Shown: positions 28,029 through 42,900 of the stretch, one piece after another
How the letters are laid out: each line of letters begins with the position of its first letter
Position numbering within the stretch: position 1 is the stretch's first letter
Assembly: GCA_964057225.1 (NCBI GenBank)
Contig: OZ059900.1
Span: 2,542,001-2,606,000, forward strand
Origin: Auanema rhodensis
Lineage: Eukaryota > Animalia > Nematoda
Direction: 5' to 3'
Length of the DNA: 64,000 nucleotides
The notes under the pieces: generated by a model
Database searches by the model: none
The model's input: only the letters and a program-made list of their open reading frames with translations
What the model was told of the DNA's origin: nothing
Translations under genes and position numbers: made by a program

Positions 28029-30956
28029 CTATTTGAGCGAAATTCAGTATTTAAACATCACTAGCGTTCAATTGATGACTTTTGTTGTCATAGACAATAA
28101 AACTATGCTTCTGATCATATATATGAGCGATTTAGCCAAATTAGACTCAAAACTCGGAAATTTCAAAAATTCTTTCTATTTTCGACCTTTTTTGATCAAA
28201 ATGAATAAATATCAGTGCAAACTCATAAAAATAGACTTATTTCGTGTATTATGTGTTTGATTCTCGAATCTTAACGAATATATCAGTGCAAGCTCATAAA
28301 AATAGACTGATTTTGTGTATTGTGTGTTTGATTCTCAAATCTTAACGAATATGATCAAAATGTACGAGTATTACAGATTTTGTACCAAAAATCGGTGAGT
28401 ATATGGTGTTAAAGGCATAAAAACGACCATACTTAGTGTAGTAATGCTATTAGAGCGAAATTTAGTGATTTAAACATCATTAGTGTTTAATTAATGACTT
28501 TTGTTGTCATAGACAATACACCTATGCTTCTGATCATATATATGAGCGATTTAGCCAAATTAGACTCAAAACTCGGAAATTTCAAAAATTCTTTCTATTT
28601 TCGACCTTTTTTGATCAAAATGAATATATATCAGTGCAAGCTCATAAAAATAGACTGATTTTGTGTATTGTATGTTTGATTCTCAAATCTTAACGAATAT
28701 GATCAAAATTTACGAGTATTACAGATTTTGTACCAAAAATCGGTGAGTATATGGTGTTAAAGGCATAAAAACGACCATACTTAGTGTAGTAATGCTATTT
28801 GAGCGAAATTCAGTATTTACACATCACTAGCGTTTAATTGATGACTTTTGTTGTTATAGACAATAAAACTATGCTTTTGATCTTATATATGAGCGATTTA
28901 GCCAAATTGGACTCAAAACTCGGAAATTTCAAAAATTCTTTCTATTTTCGACCTTTTTTGATCAAAATGAATAAATATCAGTGCAAACTTGTAAAAATAG
29001 ACTTATTTCGTTTATTATGTGTTTGATTCTCGAATCTTAACAAATATGATCAAAATTTACAAGTATTACAGATTTTGTACCAAAAATCGGTGAGTATATG
29101 GTGTTAAAGGCATAAAAACGACCATACTTAGTGTAGTAATGCTATTTGACTGAAATTCAGTGATTTAATCATTATTAGTGTATATTTGAAGACTTTTGTT
29201 ATCATAGACAGTAAAACTATGCTTTTGATCATATATATGAGCGATTTAGCCAAATTAGACTCAAAACTCGGAAATTTCAAAAATTCTTTCTATTTTCGAC
29301 CTTTTTTGATCAAAATGAATATATATCAGTGCAAGCTCATAAAAATAGACTGATTTTGTGTATTGTATGTTTGATTCTCAAATCTTAACGAATATGATCA
29401 AAATTTACGAGTATTACAGATTTTGTACCAAAAATCGGTGAGTATATGGTGTTAAAGGCATAAAAACGACCATACTTAGTGTAGTAATGCTATTTGAGCG
29501 AAAATCAGTATTTAAACATCACTAGCGTTTAATTGATGATTTTTGTTGTCATAGACAATAAAACTATGCTTCTGATCATATATATGAGCGATTTAGCCAA
29601 ATTAGACTCAAAACTCGGAAATTTCAAAAATTCTTTCTATTTTCGACCTTTTTTGATCAAAATGAATAAATATCAGTGCAAACTCATAAAAATAGACTGA
29701 TTTTGTGTATTGTGTGTTTGATTCTCAAATCTTAACGAATATGATCAAAATTTACAAGTATTACAGATTTTGTACCAAAAATCGGTGAGTATATGGTGTT
29801 AAAGGCATAAAAACGACCATACTTAGTGTAGTAATGCTATTTGAGTGAAATTCAGTGATTTACACATTATTAGTGTATATTTGAAGACTTTTGTTATCAT
29901 AGACAGTAAAACTATGCTTTTGATCATATATATGAGCGATTTAGCCCAATTGGACTCAAAACTCGGAAAATTCAAAAATTCTTTCTATTTTCGACCTTTT
30001 TTGATCAAAATGAATAAATATCAGTGCAAACTCATAAAACTAGACTTATTTCGTGTATTATGTGTTTGATTCTCGAATCTTAACGAATATGATCAAAATT
30101 TACAAGTATTACAGATTTTGTACCAAAAATCGGTGAGTATATGGTGTTAAAGGCATAAAAACGACCATACTTAGTGTAGTAATGCTATTTGACTGAAATT
30201 CAGTGATTTAATCATTATTAGTGTATATTTGAAGACTTTTGTTATCATAGACAATACACCTATGCTTCTGATCATATATATGAGCGATTTAGCCAAATTA
30301 GACTCAAAACTCGGAAATTTCAAAAATTCTTTCTATTTTCGACCTTTTTTGATCAAAATGAATATATATCAGTGCAAGCTCATAAAAATAGACTGATTTT
30401 GTGTATTGTGTGTTTGATTCTCAAATCTTAACGAATATGATCAAAATTTACGAGTATTACAGATTTTGTACCAAAAATCGGTGAGTATATGGTGTTAAAG
30501 GCATAAAAACGACCATACTTAGTGTAGTAATGCTATATGACTGAAATTCAGTGATTTAATCATTATTAGTGTATAATTGAAGACTTTTGTTATCATAGAC
30601 AGTAAAACTATGTTTTTGATCATATATATGAGCGATTTAGCCAAATTAGACTCAAAACTCGGAAATTTCAAAAATTCTTTCTATTTTCGACCTTTTTTGA
30701 TCAAAATGAATATATATCAGTGCAAGCTCATAAAAATAGACTGATTTTGTGTATTGTATGTTTGATTCTCAAATCTTAACGAATATGATCAAAATTTACG
30801 AGTATTACAGATTTTGTACCAAAAATCGGTGAGTATATGGTGTTAAAGGCATAAAAACGACCATACTTAGTGTAGTAATGCTATTTGAGCGAAATTCAGT
30901 ATTAAAACATCACTAGCGTTTAATTGATGACTTTTGTTGTCATAGACAATACACCT
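28029..30956 (-). repeat. Inverted satellite block, copy 2
   Basis: The junction sequences are the same as in copy 1, at +6120 (AATAATGT|CTATTTGAGC at 28028/28029; ACACCT|GATC at 30956/30957). Confidence 0.97.
28211..28281 (-). repeat. Truncated-monomer scar, 71-bp remnant, copy 2
   Basis: The same junction appears at +6120. Confidence 0.9.
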
Positions 30957-32199
30957 GATCAAAAACATAGTTTTACTGTCTATGATAACAAAAGTCTTCA
31001 AATATACACTAATAATGATTAAATTACTGAATTTCAGTCAAATAGCATTACTACACTAAGTATGGTCGTTTTTATGCCTTTAACACCATATACTCACCGA
31101 TTTTTGGTACAAAATCTGTAATACTCGTAAATTTTGATCATATTCGTTAAGATTTGAGAATCAAACACACAATACACAAAATCAGTCTATTTTTATGAGC
31201 TTGCACTGATATATATTCATTTTGATCAAAAAAGGTCGAAAATAGAAAGAATTTTTGAATTTTCCGAGTTTTGAGTCCAATTGGGCTAAATCGCTCATGT
31301 ATATGATCAAAAACATAGTTTTATTGTCTATAACAAAAAAAGTCATCAATTAAACGCTAGTGATGTTTAAATACTGATTTTCGCTCAAATAGCATTACTA
31401 CACTAAGTATGGTCGTTTTTATGCCTTTAACACCATATACTCACCGATTTTTGGTACAAAATCTGTGATACTCGTAAATTTTGATCATATTCGGTAAGAT
31501 TCGAGAATCAAACATACAATACACAAAATCAGTCTATTTTTACGAATTTGCACTGATATTTATTCATTTTGATCAAAAAAGGTCGAAAAAAGAAAGAATT
31601 TTTGAAATTTCCGAGTTTTGAGTCTAATTTGGCTAAATCGCTCATATATATGATCAGAAGCATAGGTGTATTGTCTATGATAACAAAAGTCTTCAAATAT
31701 ACACTAATAATGATTAAATCACTGAATTTCAGTCAAATAGCATTACTACACTAAGTATGGTCGTTTTTATGCCTTTAACACCATATACTCACCGATTTTT
31801 GGTACAAAATCTGTAATACTTGTAAATTTTGATCATATCCGTTAAGATTCGAGAATCAAACACATAATACACGAAATAAGTCTAGTTTTATGAGTTTGCA
31901 CTGATATTTATTCATTTTGATCAAAAAAGGTCGCAAATAGAAAGAATTTTTGAATTTTCCGAGTTTTGAGTCCAATTGGGCTAAATCGCTCATATAGATG
32001 ATCAAAAGCATAGTTTTACTGTCTATGATAACAAAAGTCTTCAAATATACACTAATAATGTGTAAATCACTGAATTTCACTCAAATAGCATTACTACACT
32101 AAGTATGGTCGTTTTTATGCCTTTAACACCATATACTCACCGATTTTTGGTACAAAATCTGTAATACTTGTAAATTTTGATCATATTCGTTAAGATTCG

Positions 32200-35100
32200 A
32201 GAATCAAACACATAATACACGAAATAAGTCTATTTTTATGAGTTTGCACTGATATTTATTCATTTTGATCAAAAAAGGTCGAAAATAGAAAGAATTTTTG
32301 AAATTTCCGAGTTTTGAGTCTAATTTGGCTAAATCGCTCATATATATGATCAGAAGCATAGTTTTATTGTCTATGACAACAAAAATCATCAATTAAACGC
32401 TAGTGATGTTTAAATACTGATTTTCGCTCAAATAGCATTACTACACTAAGTATGGTCGTTTTTATGCCTTTAACACCATATACTCACCGATTTTTGGTAC
32501 AAAATCTGTAATACTCGTAAATTTTGATCATATTCGTTAAGATTTGAGAATCAAACATACAATACACAAAATCAGTCTATTTTTATGAGCTTGCACTGAT
32601 ATATATTCATTTTGATCAAAAAAGGTCGAAAATAGAAAGAATTTTTGAAATTTCCGAGTTTTGAGTCTAATTTGGCTAAATCGCTCATATATATGATCAA
32701 AAGCATAGTTTTACTGTCTATGATAACAAAAGTCTTCAAATATACACTAATAATGATTAAATCACTGAATTTCAGTCAAATAGCATTACTACACTAAGTA
32801 TGGTCGTTTTTATGCCTTTAACACCATATACTCACCGATTTTTGGTACAAAATCTGTAATACTTGTAAATTTTGATCATATTTGTTAAGATTCGAGAATC
32901 AAACACATAATACACGAAATAAGTCTATTTTTACAAGTTTGCACTGATATTTATTCATTTTGATCAAAAAAGGTCGAAAATAGAAAGAATTTTTGAAATT
33001 TCCGAGTTTTGAGTCTAATTTGGCTAAATCGCTCATATATAAGATCAAAAGCATAGTTTTATTGTCTATAACAACAAAAGTCATCAATTAAACGCTAGTG
33101 ATGTTTAAATACTGAATTTCGCTCAAATAGCATTACTACACTAAGTATGGTCGTTTTTATGCCTTTAACACCATATACTCACCGATTTTTGGTACAAAAT
33201 CTGTAATACTCGTAAATTTTGATCATATTCGTTAAGATTTGAGAATCAAACATACAATACACAAAATCAGTCTATTTTTATGAGCTTGCACTGATATATA
33301 TTCATTTTGATCAAAAAAGGTCGAAAATAGAAAGAATTTTTGAAATTTCCGAGTTTTGAGTCTAATTTGGCTAAATCGCTCATATATATGATCAAAAACA
33401 TAGTTTTACTGTCTATGATAACAAAAGTCTTCAAATATACACTAATAATGATTAAATCACTGAATTTCAGTCAAATAGCATTACTACACTAAGTATGGTC
33501 GTTTTTATGCCTTTAACACCATATACTCACCGATTTTTGGTACAAAATCTGTGATACTTGTAAATTTTGATCATATTCGTTAAGATTCGAGAATCAAACA
33601 CATAATACACGAAATAAGTCTATTTTTATGAGTTTGCACTGATATTTATTCATTTTGATCAAAAAAGGTCGAAAATAGAAAGAATTTTTGAAATTTCCGA
33701 GTTTTGAGTCTAATTTGGCTAAATCGCTCATATATATGATCAGAAGCATAGTTTTATTGTCTATGACAACAAAAATCATCAATTAAACGCTAGTGATGTT
33801 TAAATACTGATTTTCGCTCAAATAGCATTACTACACTAAGTATGGTCGTTTTTATGCCTTTAACACCATATACTCACCGATTTTTGGTACAAAATCTGTA
33901 ATACTCGTAAATTTTGATCATATTCGTTAAGATTTGAGAATCAAACATACAATACACAAAATCAGTCTATTTTTATGAGCTTGCACTGATATATATTCAT
34001 TTTGATCAAAAAAGGTCGAAAATAGAAAGAATTTTTGAAATTTCCGAGTTTTGAGTCTAATTTGGCTAAATCGCTCATATATATGATCAAAAGCATAGTT
34101 TTACTGTCTATGATAACAAAAGTCTTCAAATATACACTAATAATGATTAAATCACTGAATTTCAGTCAAATAGCATTACTACACTAAGTATGGTCGTTTT
34201 TATGCCTTTAACACCATATACTCACCGATTTTTGGTACAAAATCTGTAATACTTGTAAATTTTGATCATATTTGTTAAGATTCGAGAATCAAACACATAA
34301 TACACGAAATAAGTCTATTTTTACAAGTTTGCACTGATATTTATTCATTTTGATCAAAAAAGGTCGAAAATAGAAAGAATTTTTGAAATTTCCGAGTTTT
34401 GAGTCTAATTTGGCTAAATCGCTCATATATAAGATCAAAAGCATAGTTTTATTGTCTATAACAACAAAAGTCATCAATTAAACGCTAGTGATGTTTAAAT
34501 ACTGAATTTCGCTCAAATAGCATTACTACACTAAGTATGGTCGTTTTTATGCCTTTAACACCATATACTCACCGATTTTTGGTACAAAATCTGTAATACT
34601 CGTAAATTTTGATCATATTCGTTAAGATTTGAGAATCAAACATACAATACACAAAATCAGTCTATTTTTATGAGCTTGCACTGATATATATTCATTTTGA
34701 TCAAAAAAGGTCGAAAATAGAAAGAATTTTTGAAATTTCCGAGTTTTGAGTCTAATTTGGCTAAATCGCTCATATATATGATCAAAAGCATAGTTTTACT
34801 GTCTATGATAACAAAAGTCTTCAAATATACACTAATAATGATTAAATCACTGAATTTCAGTCAAATAGCATTACTACACTAAGTATGGTCGTTTTTATGC
34901 CTTTAACACCATATACTCACCGATTTTTGGTACAAAATCTGTAATACTTGTAAATTTTGATCATATTTGTTAAGATTCGAGAATCAAACACATAATACAC
35001 GAAATAAGTCTATTTTTACAAGTTTGCACTGATATTTATTCATTTTGATCAAAAAAGGTCGAAAATAGAAAGAATTTTTGAAATTTCCGAGTTTTGAGTC

Positions 35101-36200
35101 TAATTTGGCTAAATCGCTCATATATAAGATCAAAAGCATAGTTTTATTGTCTATAACAACAAAAGTCATCAATTAAACGCTAGTGATGTTTAAATACTGA
35201 ATTTCGCTCAAATAGCATTACTACACTAAGTATGGTCGTTTTTATGCCTTTAACACCATATACTCACCGATTTTTGGTACAAAATCTGTAATACTCGTAA
35301 ATTTTGATCATATTCGTTAAGATTTGAGAATCAAACATACAATACACAAAATCAGTCTATTTTTATGAGCTTGCACTGATATATATTCATTTTGATCAAA
35401 AAAGGTCGAAAATAGAAAGAATTTTTGAAATTTCCGAGTTTTGAGTCTAATTTGGCTAAATCGCTCATATATATGATCAAAAGCATAGTTTTACTGTCTA
35501 TGATAACAAAAGTCTTCAAATATACACTAATAATGATTAAATCACTGAATTTCAGTCAAATAGCATTACTACACTAAGTATGGTCGTTTTTATGCCTTTA
35601 ACACCATATACTCACCGATTTTTGGTACAAAATCTGTAATACTTGTAAATTTTGATCATATTTGTTAAGATTCGAGAATCAAACACATAATACACGAAAT
35701 AAGTCTATTTTTACAAGTTTGCACTGATATTTATTCATTTTGATCAAAAAAGGTCGAAAATAGAAAGAATTTTTGAAATTTCCGAGTTTTGAGTCTAATT
35801 TGGCTAAATCGCTCATATATAAGATCAAAAGCATAGTTTTATTGTCTATAACAACAAAAGTCATCAATTAAACGCTAGTGATGTTTAAATACTGAATTTC
35901 GCTCAAATAGCATTACTACACTAAGTATGGTCGTTTTTATGCCTTTAACACCATATACTCACCGATTTTTGGTACAAAATCTGTAATACTCGTAAATTTT
36001 GATCATATTCGTTAAGATTTGAGAATCAAACATACAATACACAAAATCAGTCTATTTTTATGAGCTTGCACTGATATATATTCATTTTGATCAAAAAAGG
36101 TCGAAAATAGAAAGAATTTTTGAAATTTCCGAGTTTTGAGTCTAATTTGGCTAAATCGCTCATATATATGATCAAAAACATAGTTTTACTGTCTATGATA
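32200..36200 (+). repeat. Local 695-bp dimer / 1390-bp tetramer higher-order repeat
   Basis: The TATAAGATC-variant monomer occurs at 32899, 34289, 34984 and 35679 (spacings 1390, 695, 695), and 32204 to 33594 is 1390. Boundaries are approximate. Confidence 0.85.
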
Positions 36201-36999
36201 ACAAAAGTCTTCAAATATACACTAATAATGATTAAATCACTGAATTTCAGTCAAATAGCATTACTACACTAAGTATGGTCGTTTTTATGCCTTTAACACC
36301 ATATACTCACCGATTTTTGGTACAAAATCTGTAATACTCGTAAATTTTGATCATATTCGTTAAGATTTGAGAATCAAACACACAATACACAAAATCAATC
36401 TATTTTTATGAGCTTGCACTGATATATATTCATTTTGATCAAAAAAGGTCGAAAATAGAAAGAATTTTGGAAATTTCCGAGTTTTGAGTCTAATTTGGCT
36501 AAATCGCTCATATATATGATCAGAAGCATAGGTGTATTGTCTATGACAACAAAAGTCATCAATTAAACGCTAGTGATGTTTTAATACTGAATTTCGCTCA
36601 AATAGCATTACTACACTAAGTATGGTCGTTTTTATGCCTTTAACACCATATACTCACCGATTTTTGGTACAAAATCTGTAATACTCGTAAATTTTGATCA
36701 TATTCGTTAAGATTTGAGAATCAAACATACAATACACAAAATCAGTCTATTTTTATGAGCTTGCACTGATATATATTCATTTTGATCAAAAAAGGTCGAA
36801 AATAGAAAGAATTTTTGAAATTTCCGAGTTTTGAGTCTAATTTGGCTAAATCGCTCATATATATGATCAAAAGCATAGTTTTACTGTCTATGATAACAAA
36901 AGTCTTCAAATATACACTAATAATGATTAAATCACTGAATTTCAGTCAAATAGCATTACTACACTAAGTATGGTCGTTTTTATGCCTTTAACACCATAT

Positions 37000-39900
37000 A
37001 CTCACCGATTTTTGGTACAAAATCTGTAATACTTGTAAATTTTGATCATATTTGTTAAGATTCAAGAATCAAACACATAATACACGAAATAAGTCTATTT
37101 TTACAAGTTTGCACTGATATTTATTCATTTTGATCAAAAAAGGTCGAAAATAGAAAGAATTTTTGAAATTTCCGAGTTTTGAGTCCAATTTGGCTAAATC
37201 GCTCATATATAAGATCAAAAGCATAGTTTTATTGTCTATAACAACAAAAGTCATCAATTAAACGCTAGTGATGTTTAAATACTGAATTTCGCTCAAATAG
37301 CATTACTACACTAAGTATGGTCGTTTTTATGCCTTTAACACCATATACTCACCGATTTTTGGTACAAAATCTGTAATACTCGTAAATTTTGATCATATTC
37401 GTTAAGATTTGAGAATCAAACATACAATACACAAAATCAGTCTATTTTTATGAGCTTGCACTGATATATATTCATTTTGATCAAAAAAGGTCGAAAATAG
37501 AAAGAATTTTTGAAATTTCCGAGTTTTGAGTCTAATTTGGCTAAATCGCTCATATATATGATCAGAAGCATAGGTGTATTGTCTATGACAACAAAAGTCA
37601 TTAATTAAACACTAATGATGTTTAAATCACTAAATTTCGCTCTAATAGCATTACTACACTAAGTATGGTCGTTTTTATGCCTTTAACACCATATACTCAC
37701 CGATTTTTGGTACAAAATCTGTAATACTCGTAAATTTTGATCATATTCGTTAAGATTTGAGAATCAAACACACAATACACAAAATCAGTCTATTTTTATG
37801 AGCTTGCACTGATATATATTCATTTTGATCAAAAAAGGTCGAAAATAGAAAGAATTTTTGAAATTTCCGAGTTTTGAGTCTAATTTGGCTAAATCGCTCA
37901 TATATATGATCAGAAGCATAGGTGTATTGTCTATGACAACAAAAGTCATCAATTAAACGCTAGTGATGTTTTAATACTGAATTTCGCTCAAATAGCATTA
38001 CTACACTAAGTATGGTCGTTTTTATGCCTTTAACACCATATACTCACCGATTTTTGGTACAAAATCTGTAATACTCGTAAATTTTGATCATATTCGTTAA
38101 GATTTGAGAATCAAACATACAATACACAAAATCAGTCTATTTTTATGAGCTTGCACTGATATATATTCATTTTGATCGAAAAAGGTCGAAAATAGAAAGA
38201 ATTTTTGAAATTTCCGAGTTTTGAGTCTAATTTGGCTAAATCGCTCATATATATGATCAAAAACATAGTTTTACTGTCTATGATAACAAAAGTCTTCAAA
38301 TATACACTAATAATGATTAAATCACTGAATTTCAGTCAAATAGCATTACTACACTAAGTATGGTCGTTTTTATGCCTTTAACACCATATACTCACCGATT
38401 TTTGGTACAAAATCTGTAATACTCGTAAATTTTGATCATATTCGTTAAGATTTGAGAATCAAACACACAATACACAAAATCAGTCTATTTTTATGAGCTT
38501 GCACTGATATATATTCATTTTGATCAAAAAAGGTCGAAAATAGAAAGAATTTTTGAATTTTCCGAGTTTTGAGTCCAATTGGGCTAAATCGCTCATGTAT
38601 ATGATCAAAAACATAGTTTTATTGTCTATAACAAAAAAAGTCATCGATTAAACGCTAGTGATGTTTAAATACTGATTTTCGCTCAAATAGCATTACTACA
38701 CTAAGTATGGTCGTTTTTATGCCTTTAACACCATATACTCACCGATTTTTGGTACAAAATCTGTGATACTCGTAAATTTTGATCATATTCGGTAAGATTC
38801 GAGAATCAAACACACAATACACAAAATAAGTTTATTTTTACGAATTTGCACTGATATTTATTCATTTTGATCAAAAAAGGTCGAAAAAAGAAAGAATTTT
38901 TGAAATTTCCGAGTTTTGAGTCTAATTTGGCTAAATCGCTCATATATATGATCAGAAGCATAGGTGTATTGTCTATGATAACAAAAGTCTTCAAATATAC
39001 ACTAATAATGATTAAATCACTGAATTTCAGTCAAATAGCATTACTACACTAAGTATGGTCGTTTTTATGCCTTTAACACCATATACTCACCGATTTTTGG
39101 TACAAAATCTGTAATACTTGTAAATTTTGATCATATTCGTTGAGATTCGAGAATCAAACACATAATACACGAAATAAGTCTAGTTTTATGAGTTTGCACT
39201 GATATTTATTCATTTTGATCAAAAAAGGTCGAAAATAGAAAGAATTTTTGAATTTTCCGAGTTTTGAGTCCAATTGGGCTAAATCGCTCATATAGATGAT
39301 CAAAAGCATAGTTTTACTGTCTATGATAACAAAAGTCTTCAAATATACACTAATAATGTGTAAATCACTGAATTTCAGTCAAATAGCATTACTACACTAA
39401 GTATGGTCGTTTTTATGCCTTTAACACCATATACTCACCGATTTTTGGTACAAAATCTGTAATACTTGTAAATTTTGATCATATTTGTTAAGATTCGAGA
39501 ATCAAACACATAATACACGAAATAAGTCTATTTTTACAAGTTTGCACTGATATTTATTCATTTTGATCAAAAAAGGTCGAAAATAGAAAGAATTTTTGAA
39601 ATTTCCGAGTTTTGAGTCCAATTTGGCTAAATCGCTCATATATAAGATCAAAAGCATAGTTGTATTGTCTATAACAACAAAAGTCATCAATTAAACGCTA
39701 GTGATGTTTAAATACTGAATTTCGCTCAAATAGCATTACTACACTAAGTATGGTCGTTTTTATGCCTTTAACACCATATACTCACCGATTTTTGGTACAA
39801 AATCTGTAATACTCGTAAATTTTGATCATATTCGTTAAGATTTGAGAATCAAACATACAATACACAAAATCAGTCTATTTTTATGAGCTTGCACTGATAT

Positions 39901-42900
39901 ATATTCATTTTGATCAAAAAAGGTCGAAAATAGAAAGAATTTTTGAAATTTCCGAGTTTTGAGTCTAATTTGGCTAAATCGCTCATATATATGATCAGAA
40001 GCATAGGTGTATTGTCTATGACAACAAAAGTCATTAATTAAACACTAATGATGTTTAAATCACTAAATTTCGCTCTAATAGCATTACTACACTAAGTATG
40101 GTCGTTTTTATGCCTTTAACACCATATACTCACCGATTTTTGGTACAAAATCTGTAATACTCGTAAATTTTGATCATATTCGTTAAGATTTGAGAATCAA
40201 ACACACAATACACAAAATCAGTCTATTTTTATGAGCTTGCACTGATATATATTCATTTTGATCAAAAAAGGTCGAAAATAGAAAGAATTTTTGAAATTTC
40301 CGAGTTTTGAGTCTAATTTGGCTAAATCGCTCATATATATGATCAGAAGCATAGGTGTATTGTCTATGACAACAAAAGTCATCAATTAAACGCTAGTGAT
40401 GTTTTAATACTGAATTTCGCTCAAATAGCATTACTACACTAAGTATGGTCGTTTTTATGCCTTTAACACCATATACTCACCGATTTTTGGTACAAAATCT
40501 GTAATACTCGTAAATTTTGATCATATTCGTTAAGATTTGAGAATCAAACATACAATACACAAAATCAGTCTATTTTTATGAGCTTGCACTGATATATATT
40601 CATTTTGATCAAAAAAGGTCGAAAATAGAAAGAATTTTTGAAATTTCCGAGTTTTGAGTCTAATTTGGCTAAATCGCTCATATATATGATCAAAAACATA
40701 GTTTTACTGTCTATGATAACAAAAGTCTTCAAATATACACTAATAATGATTAAATCACTGAATTTCAGTCAAATAGCATTACTACACTAAGTATGGTCGT
40801 TTTTATGCCTTTAACACCATATACTCACCGATTTTTGGTACAAAATCTGTAATACTCGTAAATTTTGATCATATTCGTTAAGATTTGAGAATCAAACACA
40901 CAATACACAAAATCAGTCTATTTTTATGAGCTTGCACTGATATATATTCATTTTGATCAAAAAAGGTCGAAAATAGAAAGAATTTTTGAATTTTCCGAGT
41001 TTTGAGTCCAATTGGGCTAAATCGCTCATGTATATGATCAAAAACATAGTTTTATTGTCTATAACAAAAAAAGTCATCAATTAAACGCTAGTGATGTTTA
41101 AATACTGATTTTCGCTCAAATAGCATTACTACACTAAGTATGGTCGTTTTTATGCCTTTAACACCATATACTCACCGATTTTTGGTACAAAATCTGTGAT
41201 ACTCGTAAATTTTGATCATATTCGGTAAGATTCGAGAATCAAACACACAATACACAAAATAAGTTTATTTTTACGAATTTGCACTGATATTTATTCATTT
41301 TGATCAAAAAAGGTCGAAAAAAGAAAGAATTTTTGAAATTTCCGAGTTTTGAGTCTAATTTGGCTAAATCGCTCATATATATGATCAGAAGCATAGGTGT
41401 ATTGTCTATGATAACAAAAGTCTTCAAATATACACTAATAATGATTAAATCACTGAATTTCAGTCAAATAGCATTACTACACTAAGTATGGTCGTTTTTA
41501 TGCCTTTAACACCATATACTCACCGATTTTTGGTACAAAATCTGTAATACTTGTAAATTTTGATCATATTCGTTAAGATTCGAGAATCAAACACATAATA
41601 CACGAAATAAGTCTAGTTTTATGAGTTTGCACTGATATTTATTCATTTTGATCAAAAAAGGTCGAAAATAGAAAGAATTTTTGAATTTTCCGAGTTTTGA
41701 GTCCAATTGGGCTAAATCGCTCATATAGATGATCAAAAGCATAGTTTTACTGTCTATGATAACAAAAGTCTTTAAATATACACTAATAATGTGTAAATCA
41801 CTGAATTTCACTCAAATAGCATTACTACACTAAGTATGGTCGTTTTTATGCCTTTAACACCATATACTCACCGATTTTTGGTACAAAATCTGTAATACTT
41901 GTAAATTTTGATCATATTCGTTAAGATTCGAGAATCAAACACATAATACACGAAATAAGTCTATTTTTACAAGTTTGCACTGATATTTATTCATTTTGAT
42001 CAAAAAAGGTCGAAAATAGAAAGAATTTTTGAAATTTCCGAGTTTTGAGTCCAATTTGGCTAAATCGCTCATATATAAGATCAAAAGCATAGTTGTATTG
42101 TCTATAACAACAAAAGTCATCAATTAAACGCTAGTGATGTTTAAATATTGAATTTCGCTCAAATAGCATTACTACACTAAGTATGGTCGTTTTTATGCCT
42201 TTAACACCATATACTCACCGATTTTTGGTACAAAATCTGTAATACTCGTAAATTTTGATCATATTCGTTAAGATTTGAGAATCAAACATACAATACACAA
42301 AATCAGTCTATTTTTATGAGCTTGCACTGATATATATTCATTTTGATCAAAAAAGGTCGAAAATAGAAAGAATTTTTGAAATTTCCGAGTTTTGAGTCTA
42401 ATTTGGCTAAATCGCTCATATATATGATCAGAAGCATAGGTGTATTGTCTATGACAACAAAAGTCATCAATTAAACGCTAGTGATGTTTTAATACTGAAT
42501 TTCGCTCAAATAGCATTACTACACTAAGTATGGTCGTTTTTATGCCTTTAACACCATATACTCACCGATTTTTGGTACAAAATCTGTAATACTCGTAAAT
42601 TTTGATCATATTCGTTAAGATTTGAGAATCAAACATACAATACACAAAATCAGTCTATTTTTATGAGCTTGCACTGATATATATTCATTTTGATCAAAAA
42701 AGGTCGAAAATAGAAAGAATTTTTGAAATTTCCGAGTTTTGAGTCTAATTTGGCTAAATCGCTCATATATATGATCAAAAACATAGTTTTACTGTCTATG
42801 ATAACAAAAGTCTTCAAATATACACTAATAATGATTAAATCACTGAATTTCAGTCAAATAGCATTACTACACTAAGTATGGTCGTTTTTATGCCTTTAAC

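Larger units (their letters stand above)
18716..30956. repeat. 6,120-bp tandem duplication (about 18716-24836 and 24836-30956) containing the inversion
   Basis: Rare variants recur at exactly +6120 (AAATTTCGATC, AAATCGTTCAT, GATAGTTATTC, CGGTGAGATTCGAGAATCGAAC), as do both junctions and the 71-bp scar. Confidence 0.95.

Noticed and set aside
21909-30956. Inverted blocks as a transposon with terminal inverted repeats or a site-specific invertible switch
   Set aside because: The content is pure satellite, with no target-site duplication, no dedicated recombination sites and no enzyme gene, and the junctions are out of phase.
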